This document shows positions 50,253-59,316 of a DNA stretch of 64,000 bases, piece after piece. This stretch comes from an uncultured delta proteobacterium (GTDB lineage Bacteria; Desulfobacterota; Binatia; Binatales; Binataceae), in NCBI GenBank assembly GCA_963724765.1, contig CAVRVY010000001.1, positions 320,001 to 384,000 of the forward strand, written 5' to 3'. A model generated the notes under the pieces. The model was given only the letters and a program-made list of their open reading frames with translations, did not search any database and was not told the origin of the DNA. Made by a program: the position numbers and the translations under genes. Position 1 is the first letter of the stretch. Every line of letters starts with the position of its first letter.

Positions 50253-50438
50253 CTGGGACGCGCCCTTTCGCTTACCTGCCGATAAGCCCATTGTCTCGCC
50301 CCAGCCCTTTCGTGACAAGACCTTTATTAACAGGTATCGTGCGCCGCAGCCGATTTGTTCTCAGACCGCCGCCGCGCTCGCATCGGTTTTAACCATCGCG
50401 GTCGCGCGCTAAAGTTAAACCACCGGAGAAACTTTCGA

Positions 50439-52892
50439 ATGCCGATGGACGAACGCTACGAGCCCAGGAAAATCGAGACTCACTGGCAGGCCGAATGGGA
50501 CCGCGCTGACCTCTACCTCACGCGCGAGGATCGCGAACGGCCAAAGTTCTACGTGCTCGAGATGTTCCCCTATCCCTCGGGCGACGGCCTCTCCGTCGGC
50601 CATCTGCACAACTACGTTCCCTGCGACGTGATCGGACGCTACAAGCGGATGGCCGGTTATAACGTGCTGCACGCGATGGGCTGGGACGCCTTCGGCCTGC
50701 CGGCCGAGAACGACGCCCTGCTCAAGGGACTGCATCCCAAGGAGACCGTTCCGCGCTACGCCGCTAACTTCAAGCGACAGTTGAAGTTAGTCGGATGCGC
50801 TTACGACTGGACGCGCGAAATCAATTCCTCCACACCCGAGTACTACCGCTGGACGCAGTGGTTCTTTCTGCTGATGCTCAAGCGCGGACTCGCGTTTCGC
50901 GCCACCGGCTCGCAATGGTGGTGCGAGAAGTGCCGCACCATCCTGGCCAACGAGCAGGTGGTCAACGGATGCTGCTGGCGGCATACCGACACGCCGGTCA
51001 CCAAGAAGGACCTCGAACAGTGGTTCTTTAAGATCACCGCTTACGCCGACCGCTTGCTCGATGACCTCGAGGGAATCGATTGGCCCGAGCCGATCAAACT
51101 GATGCAGCGCAACTGGGTCGGACGCTCAGAGGGCGCGGAACTGGCGTTTCCCGTGGACGGCCATCCGGGCAAGGAGGTTCGCTTCTTCACCACCCGGCCC
51201 GACACGGTTTTCGGCGTGTCGTTCATGGTCCTCGCGCCGGAGCATCCGCTGGTCGCCGAGATCACCACGACCCAGCAGCGCGCCGCAGTCGAGGAGTACG
51301 TCACGCAGGCGCGGCGCCAGAGTGAAATCGAACGGCTCTCGACGGTGAAGGAAAAAACCGGCGTCTTCACCGGCGCATACGCGCGCAACCTCTTCAATGG
51401 CAAGCAGGTTCCCATCTGGATCGCCGACTATGTCCTGATGGGCTACGGCACTGGCGCGATCATGGGCGCGCCCGGCGAGGATCAGCGCGACTACGAGTTC
51501 GCGCGCAAGTACGGCCTGGAGATTCCGCTGGTCACCGCGCCCGCCGACGGCAGTCCTCCGCCCGCCAGCCGCGCATTCTCGGACCACGGCATCAACATCA
51601 ATTCGGTGAGCGCCGGTCTCAACCTAAACGGGATGAAGACCGCCGACGCGCTCCGCGCCGTATGCAAGTACGCCGAGGAGCACGAGATCGGCCGCGCCAC
51701 CGTCACCTACCGGATGCGCGACTGGCTAATCTCACGCCAGCGCTACTGGGGATGCCCCATCCCGATCGTCTACTGCCCGCGCGACGGTATCGTGCCGGTC
51801 CCCGAGGATCAGCTCCCGGTCATGCTGCCCGACATGAAGAACTACCAGCCCTCGGGCACCGGGCGATCGCCATTGGCCAACTCGCCCGAGTTCGTCAACA
51901 CGATCTGCCCCAAATGCGGCGGCCCGGCCGAGCGCGAGACCGACACGCTCGACGGCTTCGCCTGCTCGTCGTGGTACTTCCTGCGCTTCGCCTCGCCGCA
52001 TTACGACCGCGGGCCGTTCGAGCCCGCGATGGCCGATTACTGGCTGCCGGTTGACCTTTACGTCGGCGGCGCCGAGCACGCCGTGATGCATCTGCTGTAC
52101 GCGCGGATGTGGACCAAGGTGATGTTCGACGCGGGCCTGGTGAAATTCAAAGAGCCGTTCGCGGTCCTGCGCAACCAGGGAATGATCTGGGCCGGCGACG
52201 GCCAGAAGATGTCCAAGAGCAAGGGCAACGTGGTCACGCCCGACGCGATGGTCGACAAGTACGGCGCCGACGCGCTCCGGCTCTGGGAGCTCTTCATGGG
52301 CCCGTTCGAGGAGCCGACCAACTGGAACGAGGAGGGCGTGTTCGGCACCGCGCGTTATCTCTCGCGCGTGTGGAACGCGATGCGCCGCTTCGTCGAGGCC
52401 GGAAGTCCGGCCGGCAATCCCAGCGCCGAGACTACGCGCCGCGCCCATAAGACTATCAAGACCGTCACCGATCATATCGAGCGGCTGCGCTTCAACACTG
52501 CGCTCGCCACCCTGATGGACCAGCTCAACTACCTGATGAAGCTCGCGCCTGCGGACGCCGGCCGCTTCGCGTTCGAGAGCTACGTGGTGATGCTCGCGCC
52601 GATGGCCCCGCATATCGCAGAAGAACTGTGGCGCGCGCTGGGACACACGGCCTCGGTCCATCTCGAGCCGTGGCCGAAGTTTTCCGAAGAACTCGCGCGC
52701 GACGAGATGATTACGGTGGTGGTGCAGGTCAACGGCAAGGTGCGCGATCGTCTCGTGGTCGGCGCCGGGACGCCTGAAGAGGAAGTGCGCGGGATGGCGC
52801 TCAAGAGTGTGGCCGTGGCGCGCCATCTCGACGGCAAACCGCCGAAGAAGATCATCTACGTGCCCGACAAGCTCGTCAGCATCGTTGCCTGA
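50439..52892 (+). CDS. leuS: Leucine--tRNA ligase
   Basis: MFPYPSG, GWDAFGLPAEN, FTTRPDT, GTGAIM, SRQRYWG, KMSKS and QVNGKVR. Confidence 0.97.
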   Translation: MPMDERYEPRKIETHWQAEWDRADLYLTREDRERPKFYVLEMFPYPSGDGLSVGHLHNYVPCDVIGRYKRMAGYNVLHAMGWDAFGLPAENDALLKGLHPKETVPRYAANFKRQLKLVGCAYDWTREINSSTPEYYRWTQWFFLLMLKRGLAFRATGSQWWCEKCRTILANEQVVNGCCWRHTDTPVTKKDLEQWFFKITAYADRLLDDLEGIDWPEPIKLMQRNWVGRSEGAELAFPVDGHPGKEVRFFTTRPDTVFGVSFMVLAPEHPLVAEITTTQQRAAVEEYVTQARRQSEIERLSTVKEKTGVFTGAYARNLFNGKQVPIWIADYVLMGYGTGAIMGAPGEDQRDYEFARKYGLEIPLVTAPADGSPPPASRAFSDHGININSVSAGLNLNGMKTADALRAVCKYAEEHEIGRATVTYRMRDWLISRQRYWGCPIPIVYCPRDGIVPVPEDQLPVMLPDMKNYQPSGTGRSPLANSPEFVNTICPKCGGPAERETDTLDGFACSSWYFLRFASPHYDRGPFEPAMADYWLPVDLYVGGAEHAVMHLLYARMWTKVMFDAGLVKFKEPFAVLRNQGMIWAGDGQKMSKSKGNVVTPDAMVDKYGADALRLWELFMGPFEEPTNWNEEGVFGTARYLSRVWNAMRRFVEAGSPAGNPSAETTRRAHKTIKTVTDHIERLRFNTALATLMDQLNYLMKLAPADAGRFAFESYVVMLAPMAPHIAEELWRALGHTASVHLEPWPKFSEELARDEMITVVVQVNGKVRDRLVVGAGTPEEEVRGMALKSVAVARHLDGKPPKKIIYVPDKLVSIVA

Positions 52893-52918
52893 TCTTTTTC
52901 AATCGCACTCGTGACGCG

Positions 52919-52938
52919 GCTCCGTTGTCGCCGCTTTG
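52919..52938 (+). repeat. 20-bp direct repeat, copy 1 (partner at 54762-54781)
   Basis: GCTCCGTTGTCGCCGCTTTG versus GCTCCGTTGTCGCGGCTTTG, 19/20 identical. Confidence 0.7.
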
Positions 52939-53064
52939 CCCGTTGAAGCGCCCCCGGTTGAATGCGGCGCGGCGGCCATGCGATGCTCGCCCCCAATGCC
53001 GTGACGATCTTCGTCTATCTGTTGTAGGGGCTGCTCGTGAGCGGCCCTCAAGGAGCGAGTCCCG

Positions 53065-53844
53065 ATGGCCGAGAGCGACATCCTCAGATTCGACCGCCGT
53101 CCCAATCACGTAGTTCTAACGCTTAACCGTCCCGAGAAACGCAACGCCCTTAATGGTGCGATGTTCGAAGCGCTCGACCACGCCTTTGCGGTTATCGAGG
53201 CCGACAAGAGCATCCGCGCGATGGTGCTGCGTGGCGAGGGTTCGGCCTTCTCTTCGGGGGTCGATCTGCGTGAACTCGAACATGTTGAGTCGAGCGGCGG
53301 GCGCTGGGGCGTCGCCCCGCAGGACGCCTTCCGGCGGCTCGAAGCGCTGCCGATCCCGACGATCGCGGCCGTGCAGGGCGCGACGCTGACCGGGGGACTG
53401 GTGCTGGCGCTGCTATGCGATCTGCGGGTCGCTGCCGAAAACGCGGGGTTGGGGATGACGCCGGCGCGAATCGGCCGCGTGCCCGATTACTTCATCTTCC
53501 GCAAGTTCATGGCGCTGGTTGGCCCGGCCCATACCGCGGAAATCATGTATACTGCCGCGCCGCTAAGCGCCAAGCGTGCGTATGAGATCGGTTTGGTCGA
53601 TCGCGTGGTGGTTGATGAGCGGTTTGCCACCGAGGCCGACGCGATGGCCGAGCGGATCGCGGCCAACGCGCCGCTCTCGTTGCGCGCGATGAAAGCCTCG
53701 ATCCGCCGCTGCCTGAGCGACACCTACAACGCCGAGCACGAGGATATCGATGCGATGCGGGCGGCGGTGTTGAGCAGCCGCGACGGCAAGGAGGGCGTGC
53801 GCGCGTTCCTGGAAAAGCGCAAGCCCGTGTGGTCGGGGGAATAG
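53065..53844 (+). CDS. Enoyl-CoA hydratase/isomerase family protein
   Basis: LNRPEKRNAL, FSSGVDL, IAAVQG and AFLEKRKP. Confidence 0.9.
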   Translation: MAESDILRFDRRPNHVVLTLNRPEKRNALNGAMFEALDHAFAVIEADKSIRAMVLRGEGSAFSSGVDLRELEHVESSGGRWGVAPQDAFRRLEALPIPTIAAVQGATLTGGLVLALLCDLRVAAENAGLGMTPARIGRVPDYFIFRKFMALVGPAHTAEIMYTAAPLSAKRAYEIGLVDRVVVDERFATEADAMAERIAANAPLSLRAMKASIRRCLSDTYNAEHEDIDAMRAAVLSSRDGKEGVRAFLEKRKPVWSGE

Positions 53845-53969
53845 CCCGCAACTTGCACGGCGGCCACGCGAGGCTCGCCGCTTCGCATCAACCCTTGAAG
53901 CGCGCGGCGCGGTCGTGCGATGCTCGGGCCGCAAACGCCCGTATCCCGCAAGCTCAAGGAGTCGCTCTC

Positions 53970-54740
53970 ATGGCCGAGGATATTCTCAAGGTCGAACGCC
54001 ACCCCAATTACGTCACCATCACGCTCAACCGGCCCGAGAAACGCAACTCGCTCAACGAGGTGTTGCTCGCCGCGATGGACAAGGCGTTCGCCTCGATCGA
54101 AGACGACAAGGAGATTCGCGCCGTCATCCTGCGCGGCGCCGGCAAGAGCTTTTCCGCCGGGCTCGACCTGGCCGAGGCCGATCGCCTCGAGGGCGGCCAT
54201 AGCCCGGTGAGTATCGAGCGCACCTTCCGTCGCCTCGAACAGCTTCCGGTGCCGACCATCGCCGCCGTGCAGGGCGCCGCGCTGGCCGGCGGATGCGAAC
54301 TCGCGCTGCATTGCGATCTGCGGGTCGCGGCCGAGGACGCTCGAATCGGGATGACCGTCGCACGCGTGGGACTGCTGGTGCCCTACGATTTCATCCGCAA
54401 GCTGATCGAGATCATCGGCTCAGCCAACACCGCGCAAATCCTCTACACCGCCGAGCCGGTCAACGCCCAGCGCGCGCTCGCGATGGGCATGGTGCACGAG
54501 GTCGTACCCAACGACAAGCTCGACGCGGCCGCCGTCGCGTGGGCCGAGAAAGTTTCGTCGAACGCGCCGCTCTCGCTGCGCACGATGAAGAAGAGCATGC
54601 GGCGCTCGATGAGCGAGTCCAACGACGCGTGGCACGACGACATCCTGGAGATGGGCCGGATAATCCGTGCGAGCAAAGATGCCAGGGAAGGCGTGCGCGC
54701 GTTTTTGGAAAAGCGCAAACCGGTCTGGCGCGCCGAATGA
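53970..54740 (+). CDS. Enoyl-CoA hydratase/isomerase family protein (tandem paralog)
   Basis: LNRPEKRNSL, FSAGLDL, AGGCELA and AFLEKRKP. Confidence 0.9.
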   Translation: MAEDILKVERHPNYVTITLNRPEKRNSLNEVLLAAMDKAFASIEDDKEIRAVILRGAGKSFSAGLDLAEADRLEGGHSPVSIERTFRRLEQLPVPTIAAVQGAALAGGCELALHCDLRVAAEDARIGMTVARVGLLVPYDFIRKLIEIIGSANTAQILYTAEPVNAQRALAMGMVHEVVPNDKLDAAAVAWAEKVSSNAPLSLRTMKKSMRRSMSESNDAWHDDILEMGRIIRASKDAREGVRAFLEKRKPVWRAE

Positions 54741-54761
54741 TTTACTGACACTAGCGTTGCC

Positions 54762-54781
54762 GCTCCGTTGTCGCGGCTTTG
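54762..54781 (+). repeat. 20-bp direct repeat, copy 2
   Basis: See 52919-52938. Confidence 0.7.
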
Positions 54782-54918
54782 GCGATTGAGCAGCGTTCGC
54801 AGCGCTGTGTCCCGCGGGCGCAACTGCTGTCCGAGCGTAGTTAGCCAACACTCGCGCCGCGTCGTCCTCGCGCGCCGAGCTTGTTAACTCCCTCCCCCTC
54901 ATATTTCACTGCCATACG

Positions 54919-55974
54919 CTAGAATTCTTCATGCCGCTGGAGCGCGCGGCGCAGCGCCGCGACGTTCTGGACCAGCACGCTCGGCAAGTTCAATGTCCCC
55001 GCCACGGCCGAGTATGGATAAAGGCGCGAGTTGATATGCGCGTGCAGCGGCAATCCCTCGCCCTGGTGAATTTCGTAGTCGAGCGGCAACGGCCCCAGCA
55101 CCCGCAGGATGCGGCAGATCGCGCGCGCGAAGAGCCGTAGCTGCTCGGGCGCAAGCTCGCTCAGCGTGCCGCGAAACCGCGGCATTATCACGTCGTAGCT
55201 ACGCGGGAACGCACCGATGGGGCTGGCGAAGCTCACCACCCCATCGCGCCGCTCGATCAGCAGGCCCAGCCGCTCAACCAGCTCGAGCAGCTCATCCCAC
55301 AGCTCCGGCGTCCGCTGCTCGGCCTCGGCCTCGGCCACCAGCGCCGGCAGCGCGGAGGGCGCGCCGATGATCTGCTGATGGAGGTGCGGCTGTGAGGCGC
55401 CGGACTCGCGCCCTTGGTTTTTGCGGATCACGATCGAGCGCACCGCGCCGTTCTCCGTTGCGCGGCGCATCACGGCGACGTCGGTCTGGATTAGCCGCAG
55501 GAAATGCTCTTCGCCGAGCGCCCCGGTGTACATCAGGTCGCCGACCGCGCGCGGCTGGAGGCTCGAGAAGTGACGCGGATCCTCGATCACGATGTACGAC
55601 TCGTTGCGTCCGCCGGTGAGTTCGGCGGGGACGCGCGGGAAAAGGTTGTTGAACACGCGCATCACCCATCCGGCTCCCGCGCCCGCGCCGCTGGCGGTCT
55701 TATCGCCAGTCCACCGCGGGAAGTCGGCGGGCGTCACGCGCAGAATTTCCGCCGGCGCCATCGCCTCGTTGCCGGGGCAGAATGGGCATGTCGCCTGCGC
55801 CTGCGCGATCTCGGCGGCGCCGAGCGTGGGCGCCTCCGGGTCGAGTTCGCTGCGGCCGCCCAGCGTGAACGCGAAGCTTTTGCCGCGCACGTCGACGACG
55901 TAGGAGATGACGCCGGTTATCGGATTCTTGATCCAGACCAGCGCGCCATCGCGAACTTCGTATTCAATCGGCAT
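54919..55974 (-). CDS. GalT/HIT-superfamily nucleotidyltransferase (DUF4921-like)
   Basis: CPFCPGNE, NLFP and KNQGRESGASQPHLHQQ (HxHxQ). Confidence 0.8.
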   Translation of the reverse strand: MPIEYEVRDGALVWIKNPITGVISYVVDVRGKSFAFTLGGRSELDPEAPTLGAAEIAQAQATCPFCPGNEAMAPAEILRVTPADFPRWTGDKTASGAGAGAGWVMRVFNNLFPRVPAELTGGRNESYIVIEDPRHFSSLQPRAVGDLMYTGALGEEHFLRLIQTDVAVMRRATENGAVRSIVIRKNQGRESGASQPHLHQQIIGAPSALPALVAEAEAEQRTPELWDELLELVERLGLLIERRDGVVSFASPIGAFPRSYDVIMPRFRGTLSELAPEQLRLFARAICRILRVLGPLPLDYEIHQGEGLPLHAHINSRLYPYSAVAGTLNLPSVLVQNVAALRRALQRHEEF

Positions 55975-56121
55975 CCGTCAATTCTTAGCCTTGGCACGGC
56001 AGGGTTTTCAACACGAGCGTGGTCGCCTCATCTCGGCGCGCGCCCGAGAGCCAGCTAATTTGAGAGTTGCGATTTATTGGCAGCGGCGCGCAGGTGGCTC
56101 GCACCCGCGTTCATCCGGCGG

Positions 56122-56268
56122 TCAGTTCGGGAGGCAGAACCAGAGCGTCTCGAAGATGACAGTGAGGACCACGACGGCGGCGAGGATCTTGAGCGCCTCG
56201 TCACCGGGGCCGTCGCTGTACGTCTCGGGCCAGAAGGGCAGCCACGGAAAGGGATTCGTTTTGCGCAT
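56122..56268 (-). CDS. 48-aa single-TM small protein missing from the ORF track
   Basis: MRKTNPFPWLPFWPETYSDGPGDEALKILAAVVVLTVIFETLWFCLPN*; AAGG upstream; mostly G/C third codon positions. Confidence 0.6.
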   Translation of the reverse strand: MRKTNPFPWLPFWPETYSDGPGDEALKILAAVVVLTVIFETLWFCLPN

Positions 56269-56403
56269 CGCGGATGCCTTGGGGAAAGAAAAGCTTCTCT
56301 TCCCCGGCTGTTTTTATGCTATCGGAATTGACGCTGCCTTGACAGTGCCGAAGGGCTCGGTTATCCGTTTTAGGGGACGCTTTTGCGCCTAGGCGATCTC
56401 GGG

Positions 56404-56444
56404 GTCTGGCGCTCCGCTCACGAGCGGGCACCAGGCTTTTTTTT
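56404..56444 (+). terminator. Terminator-like hairpin plus T8 in the leader of the aminotransferase-serA-purA operon
   Basis: GTCTGGCGCTCCGCT-CACG-AGCGGGCACCAGGC-TTTTTTTT, downstream of TTGACA-N17-TATCCG (56339-56367). Confidence 0.55.
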
Positions 56445-56473
56445 GGCCGCCGCCCATCGCGGGCGCGGGGCGA

Positions 56474-57634
56474 GTGTTGGTGAAAAACCCGGTAAAAAAA
56501 TATTTGTTCACGCCCGGACCCGCGCCGGTTCCACCTGAGGTTCTGCTCGAGATGGCGCGTCCGATGATTCATCATCGCACGCCCGAGTTTAGCGCCGTGC
56601 TCGACCAGGCGCGCGAACGGATGCGCCCGCTGTTCGGTACGCGCCAGGAAGTGATCCTGCTCGCGGCCAGCGGCACCGGCGCGATGGAAGCGGCGGTTAC
56701 CAACCTGCTCGCGCCGGCCGAGCATGCGGTCTACGTCAACGGCGGCAAGTTTGGCGAGCGGTGGGGCAAGCTGCTCGCCGCGTATGGGATGACCGGCCAT
56801 GAGATCCGCATCGAATGGGGCCGCGCGGCGCGTCCGGAGCAGGTCGAAGAGGCGCTCCGCGCCAATCCCAATGCGCGCGCGGTGCTGATGCAGGCGAGCG
56901 AGACCTCGACCTGCGCGGTTCATCCGGTGGCCGAGGTCGCCGCGATCACGCGTGCGCGCGACGCGATGCTGATCGTGGACGGAATTACCTCGGTCGGAGT
57001 GTTCGAGCAGAAGATGGATGAGTGGGGCGTCGACGCGCTGGTCACCGGCAGTCAGAAGGCGCTGATGCTGCCGCCGGGACTCGCGATGGTCGCGTTGTCG
57101 GAACGCGCGCTGGAGCGTGCGCAGCGCTCGCGCATGCCGCGCTACTATTTCGACCTGATGCGCGAGCTCAAGGCCCAGCGCGACGAACATACCACCGCCT
57201 GGACCGCCGCCGTCTCGCTGGTGTTGGGGCTCAACAAGTCGCTCGAGATGATTCACGCTGAAGGGTTGCCGCAGGTTTTCGCACGCCATCGCGTGATGGC
57301 CGAGGCGACGCGCGCGGCCGCGCCCGCGCTGGGACTGGGTCTGCTCGCGTCCGACAATCCGGCGCCGGGCGTAACCGGAATTCTCACGCCCAGCGGGCTC
57401 GACGGATCCAAGCTGGTGCGCTACATGCGCGACGAGCTAGGCGTATCGGTGCAGGGCGGGCAGGATCAGATGAAAGGCAAGCTGGTGCGCGTCGGCCACA
57501 TGGGATACCTGAGCCCGTTCGACATGCTGATCGCGGTCGGAGCGTTGGAGATGGCGCTCGCGCATCTCGGCTATCGCTTCGAGACTGGCGCGGGCGTAGC
57601 CGCGGTCGCGCGCCGCATCGCGGCGAAGGCCTGA
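56474..57634 (+). CDS. Class V aminotransferase (alanine-glyoxylate/serine-pyruvate family); probable phosphoserine aminotransferase role
   Basis: FTPGP, SGTGAME, ETST, VDGITS, GSQKALMLPPG and RVGHMG; adjacent to serA. Confidence 0.9.
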   Translation: MLVKNPVKKYLFTPGPAPVPPEVLLEMARPMIHHRTPEFSAVLDQARERMRPLFGTRQEVILLAASGTGAMEAAVTNLLAPAEHAVYVNGGKFGERWGKLLAAYGMTGHEIRIEWGRAARPEQVEEALRANPNARAVLMQASETSTCAVHPVAEVAAITRARDAMLIVDGITSVGVFEQKMDEWGVDALVTGSQKALMLPPGLAMVALSERALERAQRSRMPRYYFDLMRELKAQRDEHTTAWTAAVSLVLGLNKSLEMIHAEGLPQVFARHRVMAEATRAAAPALGLGLLASDNPAPGVTGILTPSGLDGSKLVRYMRDELGVSVQGGQDQMKGKLVRVGHMGYLSPFDMLIAVGALEMALAHLGYRFETGAGVAAVARRIAAKA

Positions 57635-57643
57635 GCGAACGCC

Positions 57644-59242
57644 ATGGCTGAGACGACGTTACGCGTTCTGCTGAGCGACCCGCTCAATGCGCAGGGAGTC
57701 GAGGTGTTCCGCCGCTATCCCGAGCTCAAGGTCGACGTCAAAACCGGGCTCCAGCCGGCCGAGCTGGCCGAAATAATCGCACCCTACCATGGGCTGGTCG
57801 TGCGTAGCGCGACGCACGTGACGCGCGAGGTGATCGAGCGCGCCGATTCGCTGCGCGTAATCGGGCGGGCCGGCGTGGGCGTCGACAATATCGACCTCGA
57901 AGCGGCGACGCGGCGCGGAATCGTGGTGATGAACAGCCCGCTCGGCAACAGCGTCACCACTGCCGAGCATGCGATCTCGATGATGATGGCGCTGGCGCGG
58001 CATATTCCGGCCGCCAACGCGGCGGTGCGCGCCGGGCGATGGGATCGCAGCAAGTTCATCGGCATCGAGGTCTGCAACAAGACCCTCGGCGTGATTGGGC
58101 TGGGCAACATCGGGCGCATCGTGGCCGAACGGGCGATCGGGCTCAAGATGAAGGTGATCGGTTACGATCCGATTCTGACCGGCGAGGCGGCGGCGCGGAT
58201 CGGGGTCGAGATGGTGACGCTGGAGCAGCTCTACCGGCGTGCCGATTTCATCACGGCGCACGCACCGCTGACCCGCGACACCAAGTCGCTGGTGGGCGCG
58301 GCGGCGTTTGCGATGATGAAGCCGGGCGTGCGAATCATCAACTGCGCGCGCGGCGGAATCGTCGACGAGCAGGCGCTTGCCGAGGCGCTCGCTTCGGGCA
58401 AGGTCGCCGGTGCGGCGCTCGACGTGTTCGTCGAAGAACCGCCGCCGAAGGACCATCCGCTGCTCCGCTTCGACAACGTGATCGCGACGCCGCATCTGGG
58501 CGCAGCGACCGACGAGGCGCAAATCCAGGTCGCGATCGACATCGCGCAACAGACCGCCGAGTTTCTCATCAATGGAGTGATCAGCCATTCGGTCAACATG
58601 CCGGCGCTTTCGCCCAAGGAGCTGGAGACGCTCGGACCCCATCTGCGGCTCGCCGAACGGCTGGGCCGCCTCGCCGCGCAGCTTATCGCCGAGCCGCCCG
58701 CGCAAATCACCGTCGGCCTGGGAGGCGAGGCAGCTGGGCTCAAGGCCGAGCCAATCACGGCGGCGGCGCTCAAGGGTCTGCTGAGCGGCTTCCTCGACCA
58801 GGATTTCAATTACGTCAGCGCGCCCTTCATCGCGCGCGAACGCGGCATCGGCGTGACCGAAAGCCGCTCGCGCGAGACCACCGACTACATCAACACGTTG
58901 ACGCTGAGCGTGCGCACGCTGAGCGGCACGCATGAGGTCGCGGGCGCCGTGATCGGCGACCACGGGCTTAGGCTCATCCGGATCGACGGCTACCGGGTCG
59001 AGGCGGTGCCCGAGGGCTACTTCCTGATGCTGCACAACCGCGACGTGCCGGGTGTGGTCGGCGCGGTGGGTTCGATGCTGGGGCAGGCGGGGATCAATAT
59101 AGCGGGGTTGGAACTGGGACGCGATCGCGCGGGCGGGATGGCGCTTAGCCTGGTCGAGGTCGACGGCGCAGTCCCGGCCGAGGTGCTCGAACGTCTCAAG
59201 ACCATCCCGGCCATAGTCTCGGCCGCGCTGCTCAAACTCTAG
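57644..59242 (+). CDS. serA: D-3-phosphoglycerate dehydrogenase (long form with ASB and ACT domains)
   Basis: GRAGVGVDNID, GLGNIG, NCARGG, TPHLGA and NRDVPGVVG. Confidence 0.95.
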   Translation: MAETTLRVLLSDPLNAQGVEVFRRYPELKVDVKTGLQPAELAEIIAPYHGLVVRSATHVTREVIERADSLRVIGRAGVGVDNIDLEAATRRGIVVMNSPLGNSVTTAEHAISMMMALARHIPAANAAVRAGRWDRSKFIGIEVCNKTLGVIGLGNIGRIVAERAIGLKMKVIGYDPILTGEAAARIGVEMVTLEQLYRRADFITAHAPLTRDTKSLVGAAAFAMMKPGVRIINCARGGIVDEQALAEALASGKVAGAALDVFVEEPPPKDHPLLRFDNVIATPHLGAATDEAQIQVAIDIAQQTAEFLINGVISHSVNMPALSPKELETLGPHLRLAERLGRLAAQLIAEPPAQITVGLGGEAAGLKAEPITAAALKGLLSGFLDQDFNYVSAPFIARERGIGVTESRSRETTDYINTLTLSVRTLSGTHEVAGAVIGDHGLRLIRIDGYRVEAVPEGYFLMLHNRDVPGVVGAVGSMLGQAGINIAGLELGRDRAGGMALSLVEVDGAVPAEVLERLKTIPAIVSAALLKL

Positions 59243-59316
59243 GATGGGTCCGCACCGGCTCCAGATGCGGCCGAAGCAAGGCGCCGCGCGGCATCGCCGC
59301 GCACGGATGTGACGCG

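Noticed and set aside
55991-56008. TTGGCACG sigma54-like site
   Set aside because: There is no GC at -12 and no correctly oriented downstream gene.
57659-59035. Long antisense ORFs (also 51732-52826, 59239-60363, 41152-42150, 34634-35638, 28154-29152)
   Set aside because: These are shadow frames of well-supported GC-rich genes and contain no motifs.
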